A DNA stretch of 63,580 nucleotides, the filler included, from Trichomonas gallinae (lineage: Eukaryota): NCBI GenBank assembly GCA_008369845.1. It is 6 parts of 6 records of this genome, joined end to end, with 100 filler letters (N's around TTAATTAATTAA, not from the genome) between each part and the next. Parts side by side here need not be neighbours in the genome. Positions count along the whole stretch, not along the records: positions 51,771 to 63,580 come from MRSU01000476.1; 5 more parts are not named here. One strand, written 5' to 3'. A program made the translations under genes and the position numbers. The notes beneath the pieces are model-generated. The model saw only the letters and a program-made list of their open reading frames with translations. It made no database searches and had not been told where the DNA came from. Positions 56,470-63,580 of the stretch are shown one piece after another. Every line of letters begins with the position of its first letter. Positions within the stretch are counted from its first letter, which is position 1.

Positions 56470-58251
56470 TAATTCATACAACTAAAAAAAAAAATTCATC
56501 AGTAAAAATATTTTCAATAAGTTTTTTTAATCATGATTTATTATCATATCGAAATTAGAATTTTAAAGAAAAAAAATTCTTTATGAGGTAGATAATTCTT
56601 TGATATAAGAATATATGAGAACTTGTCATTATAATAAGATGTGCAATGAGTACTTGAAAAAATTGCTAGTTCATTGAAAGATTTCAATGCGAATCAAATA
56701 TTTACATGCAAAAAGTTTATCGTTAAAATGGATCAATTAGTTATAATGAAGATTGTAGTATTTTAACTTTTAAATCGTATTCAAAGATTTCAGTAGTTTA
56801 TGATAAAGCAATTTTTTACAATTTATTTTAAAATCATTCTATGGCCCAAATACGATCATTGTGTAACAACCATTTTCACTCTTGTGAAATTTTGTCAGGT
56901 TTGAACGAAAAGTGACAAAAACTCTGTCTAATTCGTTCGCTTCCATACCTAATGTACATAAATATTACCAAAATTTCAAATTTTCAAACTTTTGACTAAA
57001 AATTATAAATATCATATTTAGTTAATTATCGTGATATTTAAAAGATTAAATCCGTACATTGAAATTTACACTCAGAATTTAAATCTTTTTACAGTTGCTC
57101 ACGTGTTATATACTAATTAACGGTGAATTCTATCGGTTCACGCGCCCATAAACCGTATGAATTTTCAATGACATTTAAGAAAACGTTAAATTCAACTGTC
57201 TACAACATTAAATTTATAATCTTTTTTCAAATTTTCTCAAAACTTTTTTTTTCAAAATTTTTACTGCAGCTTGTCTATGATAAATGTCTTTCATCATCAT
57301 ATATAGGATCTACCATTACAGTTTCATGAACCATTTTCTTTTAAATCATTGAATTCAAAAAAACTTAATGTGGATTTTCATCTTTTCGGTATTTTTCCGA
57401 TGAGGAACAATAACATATCGAAATATCGACGCGGATTTTGAATATTATACCTTTATTTTTCTGTTGTTTCAAAATTTTTCGCACATGTCTCGATGGGCTA
57501 AAATTCCTTATAATTGCAATGTAAATCATCTCATTATTTAAAATTTATGTTGCTTTTAGTTCAATCTCTGATGGGTGAAATAAATATTTTGTTACATCAT
57601 AATGAAACTTGAAGTTCGTGTAGTTTGCCACATATTTCATAAGATTTACTGTACGCATCATTATACCAAGCAGCAACATATTCATGCATTTAATTAATTT
57701 CATTGATTCATCGATGCGTTGTTACATTTACCAACACAACACTATAATTGATGATGCATTCGAACCAGTTGATTCTCACGAAAGAAATTAGAAAATAAAT
57801 AAAAAGAATAAATCTCAACTCAGATGGACATGTAAAATCAAATAAGATCAGCTGCATAATACACTGTATCAGGCAGCAACTTTCTGATCAAAATATAATG
57901 AAGCAAACAATATTTCTTTCCATCCAACTTCTATCTTCGTCAATTTCTTTTCTTTCTGCATATATTCCTGCACCTTATCAACCTGTATATTTATTTATCA
58001 TTATTATAACCAATTGATTATCAAATATCTTTCTGCATTATCCTACAGCGTGAGTGCTTAGATATCATATCTAGAGATACCTGAGGATGTATATGTTGTT
58101 ATATATTAGTTTGAGTCAAATTTATAGGCAGCGTCGAGGTTTCTATGTTCAGGATAACTTTTGACAAAAATTTTAAATAAAATGTCAAAATCTATTTTAC
58201 ATGTCGAATTATTGATTTACGTGTCAATTTCATTTACATCTGTTTATATTT

Positions 58252-59288
58252 ATGTCGACTCTTAGAAATCCTTCTCCTTCGAAAAGGAATCTTTCTTCTA
58301 AGGATTCTAAGATGACAAACTCGATGGTTAAAAGGTATATTTAGTTTCTAACATCAGAAAGAAAATCCAGGACAAATTTCATATTGATTTTCTAAATGAG
58401 ATCGAGGAAATCATTCATGGCACTGATTATTTGATGCAGTCTCCAATAAAGACCGGAGAATCTGCCCAGAAATACTCGCCAAACAAAAGCATCGCAAGGA
58501 GAAGAGCTCAATCTCCTTCAAAAGCCCGTGAACTTTCCGAAAATGAACGCAATGAGTTAATATCGCGCAAAATCACACCGAAAATGCAGAAACACAAAGC
58601 TTCAAACATTCCAATTAAGAAAACACGTTTAGCAGAATTAGCAGTTTCTGGCTCAAATGAGAAAAAGAATGTCAGTAAAATACCAGTTCCACGTGCTTCA
58701 CAGAGCAAACAAAGCGAAAAGTCTCAAAAACCAAAGCAGGTTGAAAAATCTGCTGAAATCGCACCAGAAGCTGTTGAAATAGCGCCAGAAGCTACACCAC
58801 CTAAGCCCATTGAAACTATTGAAGAGACAACACCGCCACCAACTGCAGAAAATTCTGACGATAAAATAATTCCTCTCAGCCCTACTAATTTCGAGAATGA
58901 AATCAAACACATCTCAGTTTTAAGTGATTCGAGCACATCCGAAAACGTCAGCCCTATAAAAATTAAGTTTGAAGAAGAAATTCAACTCTCGAGCGAAGAA
59001 GAAGAATATCACGTTGAAGAACTCCTTGATAACACGCGCAAATCCGATGAATTCCTCCTGAGAATTGACAACATCATAGACCAGACCCTTAAACTCGCTG
59101 ACACGACGCCGGCCGGTAGCTTGGAAGTATTCGATTTGAAAATTCAAAATTCTGAAGATAGCGAAGTTGAACTGAGCAACACTGTGTTTAACACAGACAG
59201 GCGCGATAGCATTGGTTCATTTGACGACGAAGTTGTCGAAATTAAATTCGATAACACACCAAGATCTCCATTTACGAAGCGTAAGTAG
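58252..59288 (+). CDS. Low-complexity Ser/Lys/Glu-rich protein, predicted two exons 58252-58334 + 58358-59288 (337 aa)
   Basis: Inr-like TCATTT at 58230 and ATG at 58252. Removing 58335-58357 puts exon 1 in frame with the 58431 ORF. Confidence 0.7.
58335..58357 (+). other. Candidate 23-nt spliceosomal intron (short-type)
   Basis: GTATAT-TTAGTT-TCTAAC-ATCAG. It contains the in-frame TAG that otherwise terminates exon 1. Confidence 0.7.
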
Positions 59289-59770
59289 ATTTAACGAGTG
59301 TTTTTGTTCTGTGTTGATGTATAAACCTGTATGATATTGCATTAATCTCTACATTTTTATTTTTGTAATTTTTCAATTTCGAAGAAATTGACCTGTTTCC
59401 ATTATATATCATGATCTTATATGATATACTTAACAAATGTACTACAAATGAGCCAGTTTTATTGTTGATTTGAATTTTTTTTATATTTTCATGATTTTAA
59501 TAATATCTATGATAAATTTATCATGACAGTCATTATTACAATTGATTAATGAAGTCGTAATCTCATTTTTAGAAGAAATTAAGATGAATTCATTCCAAAT
59601 TTGACCATTATATAACGAAAATATCTTCTTTAAGTCTTATTTAGAAATTTGAAATTCAAAATTTGATTTGAACAGCGAAACTATGGAAATCCTGGAAGAA
59701 AAGATGGAAATAAGATAAATTTATATTTGTTTCCAATATATTTATAAATAAATATAAAAATAGCTTTATT

Positions 59771-62700
59771 TTACTGTGGAACAACTTGTCTATATATCTG
59801 AATAATGTTAGAATAAATTTCATCTGAAATGAGAAGCTTCGACTTTTCTCTTTCGTTCATCTGAGCAACCTGTACGAAAGCGTTGACAATTTTCTGCTTA
59901 GTCTCATCATCAGCCTGATTGTAAGTATTCAGCAAGAAGCCATAAACTACATTAGCGCAGTCAGCGAATCCGACAACTAAAGGCATCGCATTTGCAATAA
60001 CAGCCAGAGCCTCTTCGAGGTTAACCATATTCGCGTGAACAAGAGAAACAATGAAAGCAAGCGATGCCGTTCTTGTCTGGAAGTAGAAAGCCTGTCCCAT
60101 GTTATCCGAAAGAGAAAACTCGAGTGCAGCATTGTATAAATCGCTGAGATAACGCTCGAGCAGTTGTGGATTTGCGCCAACGATTGTCCTCGCTGTAACT
60201 AAAATGTGTGGAGCTGAGTTTCCGTCAATGCCATTGAATGCATTGCAGACGAGTTTAATTGCCTCGTTCCTTGCAATCGCGTGCATCTTGTCATGGCAGT
60301 GCTTGAATAAAGTCGCCAAAACTTGCGAGCAAGCAGATTCTTCATTGCTGTCGCTCTTTGTGCATGTCTTGCATGCCTGTACTATGTCTGTTGGGTTAAT
60401 ATTATCAGGGAACTTCTCAATGCAGTCGCAAACAAACTTGTAAACATTCGGCATGAGTTTTGTGTCGAACATGTCTTCTTCTTTTGGCGCTTCTCCTTCT
60501 TGTATTTCTTCGTCGCCATCATCATCATTGTCATCACCTTTTCCGAATGACTGTGACGGAAGTTTGTGCTTGAGGGCAATCAACGCATTGTAAAGCAAGC
60601 CTGTGTCGTTTTCTCTAAGAATGAATTCTGGATTCACCATGTTCGCGTTCATCAGCAAATCGGCCGCGTAGAAGAAAAGTCCAGCATCTGATGTATCTGC
60701 TGCTCCGCACAATAACGATGAATTCTCGAGTAGTTCGTTTGCGTCAAGCTGATATTTCGTTGTCATTTCGAGGGCAGCCTCAAGTGCATATTGCGTTAAT
60801 CTCTTGTCGTTGTTAACAGAGATGTAATATGTTAAAATATCCATGAAATGTTGGCGATGTTCTTCATCTAGTGAATCTGGGAAGTAGGAAACGATTGACT
60901 TGAGCAATGTAAAGCATTGGCATAGTGTCTGGCAAGCGTCGTTGAATTTGCCACCAATTTCCTCGTTTTCTTCAAATTCATTTTCATCGGCTTGTTCAGC
61001 GCCTTCGAACATCTTTTGTATTGCTTCTCCGTTGATGATTGTGTGGACTAATTCGAGAGCAAGAGGAATAAGTTCCGTAACAGTTGGTGCTGATGGCGAA
61101 ATCATGGCAGAAAGAGCAGCAACGGACGCGCATTGTAAATCGAAATCTTCGCTCTGAGCAGCCATAATAATTTTTTCTGTTAAATCGCCATTTTGAAGCA
61201 AAGACGAATCGATTGACAATAAGTTGCCGAGTGCTATGATAGCGTTTGTCCTGATGTATGGATCTGCACGTGGATCTTGCTCTAATGCGTCACCGAGAAT
61301 CTCTAAAATGTTTTGGTAGCTGTCGGCCAAATTTTCTTTGCCGGCCAATGTTATGAAGTAAGAGAGACACTCAACGGCCTGAGATCTGAGTTCTTCGACT
61401 TCGTACGTGCCTGTTATAATTTCCCAGATGCGCTGGTAGTACTCGGCTGGTGTTGGGAGCTCTTGCATGCTGTGCATCAAGCAGTCAACAATCGCTCTGT
61501 GTACATCAACTGTCAAACCCTCAACACCCAAGTTTGCGTCGATTACTGTATAAATAGCTTCACTGTAGTAATCCAATGTGTGATTTGAGTCGTTGATGAA
61601 GCTCGAGAGAACTTCGAAACCGACTTGGCGAATCGCGAAACAAACTGTATCATTGTTTAAAAGTCCCAAAATGAATTCCATGATGAAAGTTGTTTTGTTC
61701 GAAGCAACAACAGGATCAGCAATCATTAACTGCTCCAAGAACTTCAATATAGTGAAAGCTGAGCCCTCTCCATGATAAACAAGTAAAGGCTGCACCATGT
61801 TCCATAACTTTGTAGCGTTGATGTCTTGAAGAATTATAGCGAAAATGTCTCCGAAATCATTCTGTTCAACTGCGCTGAGATTCGTGTCGAATTGGAGGTC
61901 AGAGAACTTGATCATGCTGCCGATGATTGTCGGGAGCAGTTCTCTGAGGTCCATTGGGAAGAAACCAATGCACTTCGAAATTGGTACAAAAATGTGATAA
62001 ACATTTATAGGATTGATTTGCTCGTTAATCATATTTAGCAAAACTTGGGTCAATTCTATTGGATTCATGACTCCACTCTCCTGCACTGAGTTCTCGAGGG
62101 CATCTGTGATGATTTGAGCAACATTCGATGAATTTGGCAAGTTCGCAGAGAGAATTTGAAGAAGTGCATCTAATGAAGGCTGCAAAGTCTCAGGAAATTG
62201 CTCTTCAAGATGACAAATTGTATTTGCGAACAGTTTAGCGGCTGATTTGATGAGTTCTATGTCGTTAAATTGAAGTGTGCCAATAATTAAGTCATTAATT
62301 GTTTGTGTCATTGGACTGAGCTCTTGTGGGTTGATATGGAACAGAGCAATTGATAATATGTTAGTAGCGATGTGGAAACCTGCTGGAGTTCCCATTCCAG
62401 CACAATCAAGTGAATATTGGAATAATTCTGACCATTGTGCTTTCTTTACGATTTCTTCGATTGATACGTATAGTAGATTTCTGAGAACGACGTCTTCTTC
62501 ATTTCTGATTGTTTCTAAAAATAATTGTTTGATATTTGGAAGATTTGGATCTGCAATGATATTATGTGAATGTATCATAGACATACTTTTTATACAAATA
62601 GCAGCATGTTTCCTAACTATCGAATTTATTGATTTATTTGCAATTATCTGGAGAATTACTGGATAATAATCGAGATTATTCTTGAGTTGCGCAATCTGCT

Positions 62701-62773
62701 CTGTGACATGTCCTAAATCTTCGTTTGTAGAACTGGTAGAAGCAGCTTGGAAGAGGGCCAGAATTTCATCCAT
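59771..62773 (-). CDS. Importin-beta family HEAT-repeat protein (importin-4/Kap123-like)
   Basis: IBN_N-like N-terminus (VRKHAAICIK...IKQLFLETIRNEEDVVLR), then HEAT helices with acidic loops. AAAGTGAC (62814-62807) favours the MDEILALF start at 62773 over the ATG at 62824. Confidence 0.7.
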   Translation of the reverse strand: MDEILALFQAASTSSTNEDLGHVTEQIAQLKNNLDYYPVILQIIANKSINSIVRKHAAICIKSMSMIHSHNIIADPNLPNIKQLFLETIRNEEDVVLRNLLYVSIEEIVKKAQWSELFQYSLDCAGMGTPAGFHIATNILSIALFHINPQELSPMTQTINDLIIGTLQFNDIELIKSAAKLFANTICHLEEQFPETLQPSLDALLQILSANLPNSSNVAQIITDALENSVQESGVMNPIELTQVLLNMINEQINPINVYHIFVPISKCIGFFPMDLRELLPTIIGSMIKFSDLQFDTNLSAVEQNDFGDIFAIILQDINATKLWNMVQPLLVYHGEGSAFTILKFLEQLMIADPVVASNKTTFIMEFILGLLNNDTVCFAIRQVGFEVLSSFINDSNHTLDYYSEAIYTVIDANLGVEGLTVDVHRAIVDCLMHSMQELPTPAEYYQRIWEIITGTYEVEELRSQAVECLSYFITLAGKENLADSYQNILEILGDALEQDPRADPYIRTNAIIALGNLLSIDSSLLQNGDLTEKIIMAAQSEDFDLQCASVAALSAMISPSAPTVTELIPLALELVHTIINGEAIQKMFEGAEQADENEFEENEEIGGKFNDACQTLCQCFTLLKSIVSYFPDSLDEEHRQHFMDILTYYISVNNDKRLTQYALEAALEMTTKYQLDANELLENSSLLCGAADTSDAGLFFYAADLLMNANMVNPEFILRENDTGLLYNALIALKHKLPSQSFGKGDDNDDDGDEEIQEGEAPKEEDMFDTKLMPNVYKFVCDCIEKFPDNINPTDIVQACKTCTKSDSNEESACSQVLATLFKHCHDKMHAIARNEAIKLVCNAFNGIDGNSAPHILVTARTIVGANPQLLERYLSDLYNAALEFSLSDNMGQAFYFQTRTASLAFIVSLVHANMVNLEEALAVIANAMPLVVGFADCANVVYGFLLNTYNQADDETKQKIVNAFVQVAQMNEREKSKLLISDEIYSNIIQIYRQVVPQ

Positions 62774-63301
62774 TTTCAGAGAAAGACGATAAAAGATTTT
62801 AGACCTGTCACTTTTATTTCTCATTTTTTGTTTTTTTGAAAAAACTCAAATAAAGCTCCATGCTTTGTGCGAATTATATACTCCTTGTACTAGTTTAAAA
62901 TCTAGAATAACTAGGGATTTGGACCATTTTTTCAAAATAATTATGATAATTTTTAATGCAACATATTGTTCTTTGTGTAAATAGTTTCACTTTTTCTTAT
63001 ATAACTTGTAGTTAATATGAATATCAATATTAAATATATTAATATATCTTTATGATACAGTATTTTATTGTTTTCAAATGGACAATATGGCTTCTAAATA
63101 TGCAAATTAATGCCATCTTTCCCTTGTTTTAAATATAATATTATTATTCAATTCCATATAAACAAAATCTTAAGGCAATTACATCAGAGAACTAGACAAA
63201 TTCATGGAAAAATGATTATTCTATGTAATAAGATAATGGTGATCAAAGAAATAAAAAAATATCAAATATTAAAATAATGTTAACACGAGATCCTAATACG
63301 T

Positions 63302-63580
63302 TTACTCGTTGGAAACACGGTATGGGCGGAGCTCGTATGTATCCTTGCCGGAGGCGATGACGTGGAAGCGGGAGCGGATGTCCTTCTTGGCGAGGAACTT
63401 ACGAGCGTAGTAGCGGCAGGCACGCTTGGAGTACTTGACGGAGGCGTTGACGACGATCTTGTTAGCAGAAGCATCAGCCTCGATTGTGATCTTGTTGGCA
63501 AGGTTCTTCTTGAGCTTGTCGACCTTCATGTGGGACTGGAGGTACTCGACGAACTCCTGGAGCTGGAAGAACTTGTCTGT
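63302..63580 (-). CDS. RPL22: 60S ribosomal protein L22e, 5' end outside the window
   Basis: FVEYLQSHMKV..NL, YSKRACRYYARKFLAKKDIRSRFHVIASGKDTYELRPY. Strong C-ending codon bias. The frame is open to the window edge. Confidence 0.93.
   Translation of the reverse strand, partial: TDKFFQLQEFVEYLQSHMKVDKLKKNLANKITIEADASANKIVVNASVKYSKRACRYYARKFLAKKDIRSRFHVIASGKDTYELRPYRVSNE

Noticed and set aside
56470..56510. Poly-T/TAG resembling a 3' splice site, and a tiny M-N-stop uORF, upstream of the CAMK kinase
   Set aside because: No trichomonad CTAAC branch motif and no upstream exon. The kinase is complete from ATG 56469.
57860..57990. Minus-strand peptide IQVDKVQEYMQKEKKLTKIEVGWKEILFASLYFDQKVAA*
   Set aside because: Looks protein-like but is short and unassignable. 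Too weak to call a pseudogene without a search.
58261..58311. Hairpin cttagaaatcctt...aaggattctaag as an ncRNA
   Set aside because: It lies inside the predicted first coding exon and is better explained as coding sequence. An mRNA structural role is not excluded.

Overview
AT-rich eukaryotic draft-assembly window from a parabasalid, most likely a Trichomonas species. This rests on near intron-free genes, a canonical GTATGT...ACTAACACACAG intron, and BspA-, Pmp- and Bap-like surface genes. Six contigs are joined by five identical 100-bp N-linkers carrying TTAATTAATTAA, so gene order across the gaps is unverified. About 22 protein genes are supportable: PP2A-A-like HEAT protein, two GH47 mannosidases, cathepsin-B-like, Erv41/46, Med17-like, S1/P1 nuclease-like, GT-A fusion, Yak1/DYRK kinase, CAMK kinase, MVD, FANCD2-like, importin-beta-like, eL22, surface proteins and hypotheticals. 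There are also ankyrin and Bap-like pseudogene debris and TTAA-flanked, Kolobok-like transposon ends. Most notable: (1) a candidate 23-nt spliceosomal intron that the ORF track misses; (2) an 85-nt intron folded by an internal hairpin; (3) three intact secretory-pathway hydrolase homologues with substituted catalytic residues; (4) a recurrent upstream motif TTTACRYGWCRA; (5) a FANCD2-like gene that keeps its ubiquitination lysine; (6) a giant modular Sfi1/IQ-like protein. No rRNA, tRNA or CRISPR array was recognised. All family calls come from motif recognition by eye, not database searches.
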